64,000 nucleotides of DNA from Bacilli bacterium (GCA_017450215.1 JAFSVH010000101.1:1534-65533), one strand, 5' to 3'. Positions 35,998-47,068 are shown, counted from the stretch's first letter. A program made the numbers and translations. Notes: generated by a model from the letters alone, not told the origin.

Positions 35998-37776
35998 CTA
36001 TTTATTAACAACGTTCTTTGTCATCTTATAATATACAGAACGTTTGTTTTCTAATAATTCATCAGTCTTTCCATATTCTAATACTTTACCATTACTCAAT
36101 AATAAAATCTTGTCACATTTATTAGCGATAGCAATTTTTGATGTTGCAACAATCAAGATCTTATTCTTTAATTTCAAGAATTCATCAATAATCTTATTTT
36201 CACTTTGATTATCAAGTTTAGATGTAGCATCATCTAAAATGATGATTGGTGAATCTTTATAAATTGCATTAGCAAGGACAATCTTTTGATGATCTGCTTC
36301 AGTCAAATTTGGATGATTGATATTTTCTTGATCACGATCAGGTAAGCTCAATAACAATTCTTTTAAATAGCATTTATTTAAAGCTTCATTATATTTATAT
36401 TCATCCAACTTAAATGGATAAATAATATTATTTTCGATTGTACCATCTAAAGGATTAATATCTTGAGGAACATAAGTAACAATATCTCTTAAATAATAAG
36501 TATTAACCTTCATCAAATCACAATTATTAATTGTGATTGAGCCTGATGTAGGACGATTAATCTTAATACAGAGGTCAGCAATTGTCGTTTTCCCACAATT
36601 ACCTAAACCTAAAATTGCTAATCTTTCACCTTTTTTGACTTCAAAATCAACATTAAATACATCTTGAACATTTTTTTTCTTAGATTCATAACTAACATTA
36701 GAAAATTTAAGTCCATATATTTCTTCAAACGAATTAATTGATTCACTTCTATTTTCTAATTTCATACTTAATAAATTATCAAGTTTTTCATAAGTTTGTT
36801 CAATATGTTGTTTATCTAAAAATGGTGGGATACAATTTCTTAAGCTATAATAAAATAATGAAACAGTAGCAACAGAACCAACGATAATGCCATAAGACAT
36901 TGCATCATTATAAAAATATGTATAAGCTGCAATTGATAAAATAATAATTATTGCAATTGCATAACTGGCAATATAAGGCATTGAAATTGCTTGATTAGTG
37001 AATGTATCAACCTTACGTAAATTCTTCTCAACATTTTGAGAAATATTACGATAATTATTCTCTTCACTTGCTATTCCATTTCTAATCTTAATACTTTTTA
37101 CATTCTCTAATGTATAATCTAAGCATTCATTCTCTTTATTTTGTAATTCATCATAACTTGCAATTACTTTATTCTTATGCTTTTCAATTGCACTACTAAC
37201 GAAATAAAGTACAGGAATACTAACAATACAAACCGAACCAACTTTAGGATCAAAAGCAAAAGCAGCAATTAAAGAAATAAATGATAATAAAGTATAATAT
37301 AATAATTTAAATAAATGACTACCAAAATATTGATGACCTATTCTTCTACAATCTTCATCAATAATACTCTTTAATTCTTTATTATCATGACTTAATACTT
37401 CATTTAAATCACTTTTTAAAATTGTACCATAAATTGTTTCTTTCAATTCATTAGTTAATTTATCACCAAAAGAATCACATGCATGAACCCTTAAATATTT
37501 AAAGACAACAGCACCAACAACACTAACACTTAATATTACTACTGTTAAAATCATGTAGAAATTTTGTTGATCTAAGGCTGCACGTGTTGTTTGATTAGCA
37601 AGTGTAGTAAAATTATCCATAGATGAATCTAGAATTTTAAATCTAGAAAATAATAATCCAACACAAATTGGGATTGCAATCGAGAAAACTATGTTAAAAA
37701 AGAAAGTAATAATCACTGAAAAAACTAATTTAATATTATTAGTCGCAAATTGTTTAACAATGCTTTTAACCTTCAT
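35998..37776 (-). CDS. ABC transporter permease/ATPase fusion with degenerate signature motif
   Basis: TM domain plus Walker A GLGNCGKTT and Walker B IIILDDATSKLD. LSGGQ is replaced by LTEADHQ. Confidence 0.65.
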   Translation of the reverse strand: MKVKSIVKQFATNNIKLVFSVIITFFFNIVFSIAIPICVGLLFSRFKILDSSMDNFTTLANQTTRAALDQQNFYMILTVVILSVSVVGAVVFKYLRVHACDSFGDKLTNELKETIYGTILKSDLNEVLSHDNKELKSIIDEDCRRIGHQYFGSHLFKLLYYTLLSFISLIAAFAFDPKVGSVCIVSIPVLYFVSSAIEKHKNKVIASYDELQNKENECLDYTLENVKSIKIRNGIASEENNYRNISQNVEKNLRKVDTFTNQAISMPYIASYAIAIIIILSIAAYTYFYNDAMSYGIIVGSVATVSLFYYSLRNCIPPFLDKQHIEQTYEKLDNLLSMKLENRSESINSFEEIYGLKFSNVSYESKKKNVQDVFNVDFEVKKGERLAILGLGNCGKTTIADLCIKINRPTSGSITINNCDLMKVNTYYLRDIVTYVPQDINPLDGTIENNIIYPFKLDEYKYNEALNKCYLKELLLSLPDRDQENINHPNLTEADHQKIVLANAIYKDSPIIILDDATSKLDNQSENKIIDEFLKLKNKILIVATSKIAIANKCDKILLLSNGKVLEYGKTDELLENKRSVYYKMTKNVVNK

Positions 37777-38008
37777 TTTAATCCACCTTTATATCATCCA
37801 TTTTACCACAAATCGCATTATAATTCAATCAATAATTTAATTAAAGTGATGCCATTTCAAACGTTTACTTTATCTTCTCTTTCTCTATTTTTGACAATTC
37901 AATCAAGCTATGATAAAATCTTAATATAATAATAATTATTATAATTATTATTAATGTAATTAATTATTAATGTAATTACTTAATAAGTTTTTTGATAAGG
38001 AAAAGAAT

Positions 38009-38494
38009 ATGAAAATAGCAGTATATCCTGGTTCATTTGATCCAGTATCAAATGGACATTTAGACATAATTCAAAGAGCAGCAAAGATATTTGATAAAGT
38101 ATATGTTGTTGTATCTGTAAATACCAAGAAAAAATCCACTTTCACAATTGAAGAAAAAGTAGGAATGTTAAAGAAAGTAACAAAAGACATTGATAATGTC
38201 GTCGTTGAAGCGAGTCAAGACTTATTATTAAATTATGCAAAAAGCAAAGATGCATGTGTAATTATAAGAGGCTTACGTAATTTTAATGATTATCAAGATG
38301 AAATCACTTTATTCCAATTCAATCGTTCAATTGCTCCTACAATTGATACAATGTTACTTTTCCCTTCTCAAGATAATCTATTCTTATCTTCATCTTCAAT
38401 TAAAGAATTAGTTACATTTAATGCTGATATTAGTTCATATGTTCCAAAAGAATTATGCGAATATATCACTAAAGTATTAAAAGAAAGACTATAA
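38009..38494 (+). CDS. coaD: phosphopantetheine adenylyltransferase
   Basis: MKIAVYPGSFDPVSNGHLDII. Confidence 0.9.
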   Translation: MKIAVYPGSFDPVSNGHLDIIQRAAKIFDKVYVVVSVNTKKKSTFTIEEKVGMLKKVTKDIDNVVVEASQDLLLNYAKSKDACVIIRGLRNFNDYQDEITLFQFNRSIAPTIDTMLLFPSQDNLFLSSSSIKELVTFNADISSYVPKELCEYITKVLKERL

Positions 38495-38557
38495 TAATTA
38501 AAAAGTATATAATAATTCAAAAAGTAGCCAAACTATCACATTTGGCTACTTTTAATT

Positions 38558-39256
38558 TTATCGAATCAAAGCATAGACAGTTATGTCTTCTTTCAAATCT
38601 TTTAATTCTTTTACTTCTTTTTGATATTCTTCATCTAAATACCAACCAACAAATCCTTTTACATCGATAGTTGGAAGTACATAATCTTTATCTACTTCTA
38701 CTTCTTTAATTAATTTATTATCAACAGAAGGAATATTATCTAATGCAAATTTAACTCTTAATGATTTAAACCAAGGATATTTAGATTGTAACGTTGTTGA
38801 AGTGAAATAGAAAAACTTTAATGTATCTACTAATGAATCCCATGCACGATAATAGAAATCATAAGTATCAACTGGACCAAAGCAATCACATCCTTCATCC
38901 TTTCTCCAAAATCTAAAGAATTCAGGTAAGAATTCCACGAATTCTTTATATTTTCCTTGTTTATAAACGTAACCAATGAAGGTAGTAGATGGTTGATCTA
39001 ATACACCTCTACCTGCATTTGGAGTTAAATAATAAGGATTTAATGTATCTCCAGGACCATATAAATCAGATTTTCCTAGTGCAGTCCAATCACCACAAAA
39101 TGAAATAAAATCATTTTTATCTTTTACTCCAACTGAATTAAAATCAAAATCAGTATTGTTCTTTATAAAATCATAATAATCACCAAAGAATTTAATTCTT
39201 AAATCATCTTTGGATGAAAACAAATTATAACCATAATCAAATTTAACTTTTGCCAT
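38558..39256 (-). CDS. hypothetical protein (last gene of the MarR-ABC operon)
   Basis: ORF. ATG 39256 with AAGGAGGAAAAT is preferred over the track start 39292, which overlaps the ABC gene. Confidence 0.4.
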   Translation of the reverse strand: MAKVKFDYGYNLFSSKDDLRIKFFGDYYDFIKNNTDFDFNSVGVKDKNDFISFCGDWTALGKSDLYGPGDTLNPYYLTPNAGRGVLDQPSTTFIGYVYKQGKYKEFVEFLPEFFRFWRKDEGCDCFGPVDTYDFYYRAWDSLVDTLKFFYFTSTTLQSKYPWFKSLRVKFALDNIPSVDNKLIKEVEVDKDYVLPTIDVKGFVGWYLDEEYQKEVKELKDLKEDITVYALIR

Positions 39257-39272
39257 ATTTTCCTCCTTATTA

Positions 39273-41159
39273 CTATATTTGTTTACCAGCAAATTGAGTC
39301 ATATATAAATCATAATAACGACCCTTTTGCTCTAATAATTCATAATGATTTCCTTTTTCAACGATCTTTCCTTTATCAATTACAACAATGACATCAGCAT
39401 CTTGGATTGTTGAAAGACGATGAGCAATAATAAGACTAGTTCTATTCTTCATCAAATTAGACATAGCATCTTGAATATTCTTTTCAGTTCTTGTGTCAAC
39501 TGATGAGGTAGCTTCATCAAGAATCAAGATTTTAGGATCTGCTAGAATTGCCCGAGCAATTGATAATAATTGTCTTTGACCTTGACTCAAATTACTACCA
39601 CCTTCACTCAATACAGTATCGTATCTATTTGGTAATTTCTTTACAAAGAAATTAGCATTACTCAAGATACTTGCTTGTTTGATTTCATCAAATGTAGCAT
39701 CTTGTTTACCATATTTTACATTATTACCGATAGTATCTTTAAATAAAACAGTATCTTGTAAAACTATCGCAATTGTATCTCTTAATTCCTTCTTTTCAAT
39801 ATCATTAATATTAACTCCGTCAATTAAGATTTCACCACTATTAACATCATAGAATCTCATAAGTAGATTAACAACAGTTGTTTTACCACTACCAGTAGCA
39901 CCAACAAGAGCAATCTTTTGTCCTTTTTTAACATCCAAAGTAAAATCAGTTAATACTTGATGACCTTCAACATAGCTGAAATTAACATGATTAAAGCTAA
40001 TATTTCCTTCAAAACTATCTTCATCAATTATCATCTTACCTTCATCTACTTCATTATCAGCATCCATGATTTCAAATACTCTTTCAACTCCAGCCATAGC
40101 ATTAAAGATTTGACCTAACAATTGAGCAATTTCATTGATTGGTCTTGTGAATTGTTTACTAGAGTTTAGGAATAAAGCAATAGTACCAATTCCAATTGTA
40201 AGATTAAATGGATGAGCTAAAGCAATATAAGCACCAACAAATGCAATCAATACATAGCATGTATTGCTAATAAAATTCATAATAGGTCCCATAGAACCAG
40301 CCCAAACATCAGCAACAATGCTGACCTTTGTTAACTTATGACTAATATCAGCAAATTCTTCTTCAACATCTTCTTCTTTATTATAAGCAACAACAGTCTT
40401 ATATCCTGTAATCATCTCTTCAACATGGCCATTTAAATTACCAAGTAAAGAAGCTTTATTCTTATAATATCTTCTCATTTTACCAGTTAATATCTTACTA
40501 GCAAAAATAGTTAAACCAATTGTAAGTAAACATACTAATGTTAGTAACCAACTATAATAGAACATTATAGTAAGGAAACCAACCATAGTAAGAATACCTG
40601 AAATTAATGATGCAATTGATTGAGAAATTGTATTACTTACATTTTCAACATCATTTGTCATTCTACTCATTAAATCACCATGTGAATGAGTATCTAAGAA
40701 TTTGATTGGTAATTTTACAAATTTACCAAACAAATCAGTTCTTAACTTATAAACAGTCTTTTGTGATAACTTAGCACTAAATCTTGATTGGAAATAAGTA
40801 AGAAGTGATGATAAAAGATAAACAGCACCAAGTACAATAATTAGTTTAAGCACACTATCATAAACTAAACTCAAATCAATCTTAAATCCATTTTCATCAA
40901 AGAATGGACTAGTTTGAATATTTGTTAGATTATTAATAATTTCACTTTGAATAACTGGTGCAAATAAATGACAAAGGGTTGTTAAAACGGAAACAATAAT
41001 TAAAGCAATAAACAAACCTTTATTATAACCAATATATTTAACTAATCTTTTGAATGAACCTTTAATGTCTTTAGGTTTTTCAATAGGCATAGCACCTCTC
41101 GGTCCTCTAGGACCAGGTCCTACTCTTCTTGGTTCGGATGATCTATTATTTTCTGCCAT
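39273..41159 (-). CDS. ABC transporter permease/ATP-binding protein (heterodimeric multidrug-exporter type, subunit 2)
   Basis: 6-TM domain. GATGSGKTT, LSQGQRQ, ILILDEATSSVD. Confidence 0.85.
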   Translation of the reverse strand: MAENNRSSEPRRVGPGPRGPRGAMPIEKPKDIKGSFKRLVKYIGYNKGLFIALIIVSVLTTLCHLFAPVIQSEIINNLTNIQTSPFFDENGFKIDLSLVYDSVLKLIIVLGAVYLLSSLLTYFQSRFSAKLSQKTVYKLRTDLFGKFVKLPIKFLDTHSHGDLMSRMTNDVENVSNTISQSIASLISGILTMVGFLTIMFYYSWLLTLVCLLTIGLTIFASKILTGKMRRYYKNKASLLGNLNGHVEEMITGYKTVVAYNKEEDVEEEFADISHKLTKVSIVADVWAGSMGPIMNFISNTCYVLIAFVGAYIALAHPFNLTIGIGTIALFLNSSKQFTRPINEIAQLLGQIFNAMAGVERVFEIMDADNEVDEGKMIIDEDSFEGNISFNHVNFSYVEGHQVLTDFTLDVKKGQKIALVGATGSGKTTVVNLLMRFYDVNSGEILIDGVNINDIEKKELRDTIAIVLQDTVLFKDTIGNNVKYGKQDATFDEIKQASILSNANFFVKKLPNRYDTVLSEGGSNLSQGQRQLLSIARAILADPKILILDEATSSVDTRTEKNIQDAMSNLMKNRTSLIIAHRLSTIQDADVIVVIDKGKIVEKGNHYELLEQKGRYYDLYMTQFAGKQI

Positions 41160-41161
41160 AA

Positions 41162-42985
41162 TTATTCACCATCCTTTTTAAGTTGAGAATTATAAATATC
41201 AATATATGTATTACAATTCTTCATCAAGTTTTCATGAGAATCCATTGCTTCAATTGTTCCTTCATTTAGAACAATAATCTTATCAGCATTCTTAACACTA
41301 GCAATACGTTGTGCAACAATAATTATTGTTGTATCTTTCATTTTATCATTTAATTCCTTATAAAGTTCTGCTTCAGTTGATAAATCTAGAGCTGAAGTAG
41401 CATCATCAAAGATTAATATTTCTGGTTTTTTCACAATTGCTCTAGCAATAGAAATTCTTTGCTTTTGACCACCAGACAAGCTTGCACCTTTTTCAGCAAC
41501 AACACCATCATAACCATCAGGAAGTGACAAAATAAAATCATTAGCTTGTGCTATCTTACTAGCATAAACAACATCATCATGAGTTGCCTTACTATCTCCC
41601 CATTTAATATTTTCTTCAATAGAATAAGAATATAATTCACTCTTTTGAAGTGCAACACTAATTCTATTTCTTAGTGCATTTAAATCCCATTCTTTTACAT
41701 CTACACCATCAACTAAAACACTACCTTCAGTAACATCATAAAATCTAGTTATTAAGTTAATCAAGGTTGTCTTTCCACAGCCAGTTGAACCTAAAATACC
41801 AATACGTTCACCTTTATTAATGGCAAAATTAATATTTGAAAGTACATTTTCAGCATCATTATTATATTTAAATCCAACATTTTTAAATTCAACAAGTCCA
41901 TTATTTTCATCATCACCTGTATATGAACCACTATTAACAACTGGATTTGAATCAAGTACTGCATTTAATCTCTTAATTGATGCAATACCTCTTACAACAG
42001 TTAAGAACATAATTGCTAGCATCATAAATCCCATTAAAATAGTAGTAATGAAAGTAATAGCAGACATAACAGAACCAACTGTTAATCCATCAGCAATACC
42101 ACCAACAAAATTATTGTTAATCTCTACTCCACCAATATAAATAACAGCAACTAAAGCACTAGATAAGAATATACTCATGATAGGATTAACAAAAGAAATA
42201 GTCTTAAATACCTTCCAGTTAATATCATATAAATTTTGATTAGCTTTTCTAAATCTTTCAGCTTCAAAATCTTCTTTTACATAAGCTTTTACCACTCTAG
42301 CACCAGTAACATTCTCTTGAACAACTGCATTAACATCATCAATTCTTTCTTGAATAATTGAGAAATTAGGACTTAATTTCTTCAAGAATAAAATAATAAC
42401 AACAATTTCAATTGGTAAAGCAATTAATAAAATAATACCAAATTCAATCTTTATACCAAGTAACATAAATATACCAATAGCGAATTGCATTAAACTTCTA
42501 ACAACAATTCTCATTGACATAGCAGCCATATTTTGTACTTGTGTAATATCATTAGTCATTCTTGTAACTAAAGATCCAGTTGTAAATTCATCTGTTTGTT
42601 CAAAAGATAAATTCATTGTATGCTTAAATACATCTTTTCTTAAATCATTGCCATAATTATAAGCAGCAATATTAGTGAATACTCCAGATAGGATTCCACA
42701 AATACCACCAAAAAGTACAAGCAATATCATCATGATTCCACAGTTTAATATAATATTTAATTGAACTGATTCTAAATTAAAAATACCATGATTAAGATAA
42801 TTAAGTAAAAAATTACTATATGTAGGTTCTAATGCTTCTCTATTAAATTCATAATTGATTCCATAGTCAACAATTATAGCCATTAATTTTGGTTGAACCA
42901 AATCCATCAATACTTCAAACACCATCATAATTGGTGCAAGAACAGCACATAACCAATATTTCTTTAAATATTTAAATATTCTCAT
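41162..42985 (-). CDS. ABC transporter permease/ATP-binding protein (heterodimeric multidrug-exporter type, subunit 1)
   Basis: GSTGCGKTT, LSGGQKQR, ILIFDDATSALD. Confidence 0.85.
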   Translation of the reverse strand: MRIFKYLKKYWLCAVLAPIMMVFEVLMDLVQPKLMAIIVDYGINYEFNREALEPTYSNFLLNYLNHGIFNLESVQLNIILNCGIMMILLVLFGGICGILSGVFTNIAAYNYGNDLRKDVFKHTMNLSFEQTDEFTTGSLVTRMTNDITQVQNMAAMSMRIVVRSLMQFAIGIFMLLGIKIEFGIILLIALPIEIVVIILFLKKLSPNFSIIQERIDDVNAVVQENVTGARVVKAYVKEDFEAERFRKANQNLYDINWKVFKTISFVNPIMSIFLSSALVAVIYIGGVEINNNFVGGIADGLTVGSVMSAITFITTILMGFMMLAIMFLTVVRGIASIKRLNAVLDSNPVVNSGSYTGDDENNGLVEFKNVGFKYNNDAENVLSNINFAINKGERIGILGSTGCGKTTLINLITRFYDVTEGSVLVDGVDVKEWDLNALRNRISVALQKSELYSYSIEENIKWGDSKATHDDVVYASKIAQANDFILSLPDGYDGVVAEKGASLSGGQKQRISIARAIVKKPEILIFDDATSALDLSTEAELYKELNDKMKDTTIIIVAQRIASVKNADKIIVLNEGTIEAMDSHENLMKNCNTYIDIYNSQLKKDGE

Positions 42986-43449
42986 ATCTTTTCAAACTTT
43001 TTTCTTATTTCTTCTTGCAACTTCTGTAAAGCTAAAGAAACAACTTTCCTTTCTTCTTCCGTTAAAACACTCTCGATTTCAATTTCATTCTTTCTCACAA
43101 ATTCAATATTTTTTCGACAAGTCTCTTCACCTAATTTTGTGAATTTAATATTAACATTTCTTGCATCATTTTCATCAATTTCACGAACAATCAACCCACT
43201 ATTTTCCATATTTTTAAGCATAGAAGAAATAGTTGGTGGTTTTAGATTAGTTATTTTAACTAAATCAACAGCTGTCACTTGACCAAATAATGAAATAGCA
43301 AACATAATACGATGATAAGTGGAATTAATACCATTAACATCTCCACTTCTCTTCAAATAATCTTTGAATAATTTTGCTGTATCATGAACTTCACCAAGCA
43401 AATTTTTCTTATCTTTAATTAATCGATCATTTAATGGTTCTTTTTCCAT
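42982..43449 (-). CDS. MarR family transcriptional regulator
   Basis: Winged-helix region ITNLKPPTISSMLKNMENSGLI. ATG 43449 with GGGAGGT is preferred over TTG 43464. Confidence 0.8.
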   Translation of the reverse strand: MEKEPLNDRLIKDKKNLLGEVHDTAKLFKDYLKRSGDVNGINSTYHRIMFAISLFGQVTAVDLVKITNLKPPTISSMLKNMENSGLIVREIDENDARNVNIKFTKLGEETCRKNIEFVRKNEIEIESVLTEEERKVVSLALQKLQEEIRKKFEKI

Positions 43450-43468
43450 TAATGTACCTCCCAATCAG

Positions 43469-43484
43469 TTAGTTTTAAAACTAA
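43469..43484. promoter_or_regulatory. perfect 16-bp palindrome TTAGTTTTAAAACTAA, candidate MarR operator
   Basis: Read from the sequence. Lies 20 nt upstream of the marR start, in the divergent promoter region. Confidence 0.5.
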
Positions 43485-43681
43485 TTAGATTATACTCTAA
43501 TTTCTTCTCCTTTTCAATAATAATCGGCATAAAGCATTTTCAAAAATAATACTGTTTTAATGTGACAAAAAAGGATAGTAGAGAAAATATTTAAATTAAA
43601 TCTTGAAAAAAAATATATGTCGTGGTAAAATCCTATATGTTAGTTTATCAAAATCATTTATCAAGAGATAGGGGATAAAAA

Positions 43682-44347
43682 ATGAACGAAAAAATCATTG
43701 GAGTTACACCAAGATTCTACGTTGAAGGAACTACCTTAAAACAAGCTTGCAATGATAATTATTTAAGAGCAATGCAAAATTTAGGTTTTACTCCTTTAAT
43801 TCTTCCAATGGGCATTAAGCGTGATGATATATTATTAGAATTATGCGATGGCTTCCTAATCACAGGTGGAACTGATATTTTACCAAAGTTCTTTGGTCAA
43901 GAAAATAATGGTTCAGATGATGACGGAAATGAAGAAATGGACTTAACAGATCAAGTTGTTGTAGATTATGCTGTAAAAAGCGAAAAACCACTTCTTGGTA
44001 TTTGTAGAGGCCATCAATCAGTAAATGTCTTTATGGGTGGAACACTAATACAAGATATTGGTAATAGTCATCGTAATACAAGGCATGATGTAAAAATCGT
44101 GAAAAACAGACTTCTAGATTTTCCAGAAGTAATAAACGTTAATAGTTATCATCATCAAGTTGTTGATAAAATTCCTAAGGAATTAATACCAATTGCTTGG
44201 AGTGAAGAAGGCTATTGTGAAGCTTTAATTCACACTTCTTTACCAATCATGTCTTTCCAATGGCATCCAGAAAGAATGCTAGATGAAGATACTGGAAAAC
44301 TAATATTTGCTACATTTAAGAAGTTAGTAGAAGAAAATAGCATATAA
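43682..44347 (+). CDS. class I glutamine amidotransferase-like / gamma-glutamyl hydrolase (PuuD, peptidase C26 family)
   Basis: GICRGHQ catalytic Cys box and HH.. later. Confidence 0.8.
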   Translation: MNEKIIGVTPRFYVEGTTLKQACNDNYLRAMQNLGFTPLILPMGIKRDDILLELCDGFLITGGTDILPKFFGQENNGSDDDGNEEMDLTDQVVVDYAVKSEKPLLGICRGHQSVNVFMGGTLIQDIGNSHRNTRHDVKIVKNRLLDFPEVINVNSYHHQVVDKIPKELIPIAWSEEGYCEALIHTSLPIMSFQWHPERMLDEDTGKLIFATFKKLVEENSI

Positions 44348-44582
44348 TTAATTTCAAAATTAATTTGAGGTTGATTATATGCTTTTTTAATAAAGCAAAA
44401 ATAAGAATTCTTTATTATTATTGAAAAACATTATTAATTTAATTAAAACTAGAAAACAAAAACAGTAAGAGATAATCTAATAACATCTTAAAACTATTTA
44501 AAGTATTAATCACAAATAATAAGAATATATATTGACTATTTCAAAATAATGTATTACAATGTATTACGTAGAGGTGAATAAA

Positions 44583-44801
44583 ATGGTTATATCAATAAGA
44601 ATGACAGACGAAGAAAGAAAATTAGCTGAATCATATGCAAAATTAAAAGGTACCACATTAAGTGATTCTATTAAAAAAGCATATTTCGAAAAAATCGAAG
44701 ATGAATATGATATTGCTTTAGCAAAAGAAGCATTAAAAGAATATGAGAAAGATCCTAAAACATATTCACTTGATGAAATGAAAGAATTATTAGAATTATG
44801 A
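44583..44801 (+). CDS. type II antitoxin, RelB/DinJ (ribbon-helix-helix) family
   Basis: MVISIRMTDEERKLAESYAKLKG RHH motif. RBS AGAGGTG. 4-nt overlap with the toxin gene. Confidence 0.8.
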   Translation: MVISIRMTDEERKLAESYAKLKGTTLSDSIKKAYFEKIEDEYDIALAKEALKEYEKDPKTYSLDEMKELLEL

Positions 44802-45067
44802 AATATCATGTTAAATTTACAGATTCAGTTTACAAAGCATTATCAAAATTAGATAAATATACTGCAAAGATGTTAATTAACTGGATATCTGATAAACTAG
44901 ATGGGACAGAAAACCCTAGAACTTATGGAAAGGCCCTATCAGCAAACCTAGTAGGTTTATGGCAATATCGGGTTGGTGATTATCGGATTATAACAAAAAT
45001 CGAAGATGATAAATTAATAATATTGATTATTGCTATAGGACATAGAAAAGAAAAATATAATAAATGA
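44798..45067 (+). CDS. type II toxin, RelE/ParE family mRNA interferase
   Basis: 89 aa with the LWQYRVGDYRIITKIEDDKLIILIIAIGHRKEKY C-terminal pattern of RelE/StbE. Confidence 0.8.
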   Translation: MKYHVKFTDSVYKALSKLDKYTAKMLINWISDKLDGTENPRTYGKALSANLVGLWQYRVGDYRIITKIEDDKLIILIIAIGHRKEKYNK

Positions 45068-45207
45068 TTGATGTTTTATGTAAAAATCTCTTTAGATATA
45101 ATAACAAGTTTATAAAAATGGATATTCCTTTTATATCTTTAAGAATGATAAAGTAATATTTAAAATGAAAATACTTCTAGGTTTTAAATCTAGAAGTATT
45201 TTTTTTA

Positions 45208-46842
45208 TTAATCATAGAAACAGCTTCCACCAATAAATTCTCTTAATAAAGAATTACATGGAACATATTTATCATCAATACTACCAATAAATGATAACAT
45301 TGTGATTAAATTCTTAACTCCAGTATAATAAGGACTAGACTTTTTAACTGTAGCAAGTGCAGGTAAAGCATATTTCTTCATTACCATTATTTCATAAGTT
45401 AATTCAGTATTGAATGTATAATCAGTTTCATCTTGATAAGGATAAATCCATTTGAATTCACCTCTTCTTACATTACTCCACAATGCAAGAGTATTTTCAG
45501 GTGAAGACCCACGATATAACTTATCTCTAACAATACGACGTAATAATCTAATATCAGTTGCTGAAATAGGACTATGATTATCAAAATTCAATACAGCCAA
45601 AGGACTAATGAATATTTTAAATTTATTTTCTCTTGGGATTGAGCTAGTTAATGCTTCGTTTAACCCATGAATACCTTCAATTAAAATAGGTTGTCCTTTT
45701 TCTAATTTTACTGGTTCTTTAAAGCTATAAGTACCTGTATTAAAATCAAATTGAGATAAACGTACTTCTTCACCATCAATTAATCTCTTAATATGATCCT
45801 TAAACATTTCTACATTAAGTGCATCTAAATGTTCAAAATCAGGGTCACCATATTCATCTAATGGATAATCACCTCTATTTTTATAATAATCATCAATAGA
45901 AATCATAAAAGGATTAATACCCTTAGTCATTAATTCTATTCTCAATCTATTACAGAATGTGGTTTTACCACTACTTGAAGGCCCAGCAATTGCGATTAAC
46001 TTGATTGTGTCTTTCTTACTTGCAATAAGTTCTCCAATTTCAGCAAGGCAATTATTATGCTTAGTTTCAGCCATATTAACAAAATTAATAACACCTTCCT
46101 TAGTTTCAATAAGCTCATTCATATCTACTAAGTTTCTAATACCAAGCATTCTTGTCCATCTATTTTGATTTATAATCATATTACGAAAAGCTTCACAATC
46201 TTCAAATTCAGGAATCAATCCTTTTTCCTCAAATCTAGGATATTGAACATAGAAACCAGGATTATAATTTCTAATTTCATAATTCTTAATGTAACCAGTA
46301 CTTGGTAACATCATAGAAAACATATAATTATAATATCCATCACATTCATATGCTTTAACTGTCTCATTACCAAATTTTTGAAGAAAAGCAACCTTTTCAA
46401 AATAATTTTGATTACGATAATGCTCGATTAATTCTTCTTTCATTATTCTCTTCTTTATAATAGGTAAATCAAGACTAATGATTTCTTTAACACGATTATT
46501 AATTTTAACTAAATCTTCTTCTGTTACTGTATAATGACGAACATGAAATTTAACTGTTCTTGAAACAAAATTAGAAACAATTATTTTCTTATTAGGGAAT
46601 AATTCATATAAAGCTTTTAATATAATATATCTCAATGTAGATTCATAAATCTTAACAGCTTCAATATTAGTTTCGTCAACAAATTCTATAATAGAATCAC
46701 TATATACATAAAAATCTAATTCTCTTATTTTACCATTAACTTTACAGGCTAAAGCTTTAAAGCCATTTTTTATAGCTAAATCTTTAACTCTAATAGGATA
46801 TTCATATTCATATTTTTGACCATTTATAGTTACTGTATACAT
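45208..46842 (-). CDS. uridine-kinase-family P-loop kinase with N-terminal ThrRS/TGS-like domain
   Basis: N-terminal TGS-like MYTVTINGQKYEYEYPIRVKDLA. C-terminal IAIAGPSSSGKTTF...ISIDDYYK udk/PRK family. Confidence 0.65.
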   Translation of the reverse strand: MYTVTINGQKYEYEYPIRVKDLAIKNGFKALACKVNGKIRELDFYVYSDSIIEFVDETNIEAVKIYESTLRYIILKALYELFPNKKIIVSNFVSRTVKFHVRHYTVTEEDLVKINNRVKEIISLDLPIIKKRIMKEELIEHYRNQNYFEKVAFLQKFGNETVKAYECDGYYNYMFSMMLPSTGYIKNYEIRNYNPGFYVQYPRFEEKGLIPEFEDCEAFRNMIINQNRWTRMLGIRNLVDMNELIETKEGVINFVNMAETKHNNCLAEIGELIASKKDTIKLIAIAGPSSSGKTTFCNRLRIELMTKGINPFMISIDDYYKNRGDYPLDEYGDPDFEHLDALNVEMFKDHIKRLIDGEEVRLSQFDFNTGTYSFKEPVKLEKGQPILIEGIHGLNEALTSSIPRENKFKIFISPLAVLNFDNHSPISATDIRLLRRIVRDKLYRGSSPENTLALWSNVRRGEFKWIYPYQDETDYTFNTELTYEIMVMKKYALPALATVKKSSPYYTGVKNLITMLSFIGSIDDKYVPCNSLLREFIGGSCFYD

Positions 46843-47068
46843 AACAAGCCTCCTTTATGTAAATAATTAATATTATAAATAATTAATACTATTAATAATT
46901 AATATTGTATTATGATTATATCTAAAAATTCAAAATATTAAAAGTATAAAAAACTTCTTTTAATTGAAATTTTAATATTCATTTAATATATCTATCAAAA
47001 ATAGGTAAAGAAAAAAGATTTAGTATAGTCACCAAATCTTTATCTTCTATTATTTATAAAGTTTATAT

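Noticed and set aside
41820-42140. 106-aa plus-strand ORF
   Set aside because: It is antisense within the ABC transporter gene 41162-42985.
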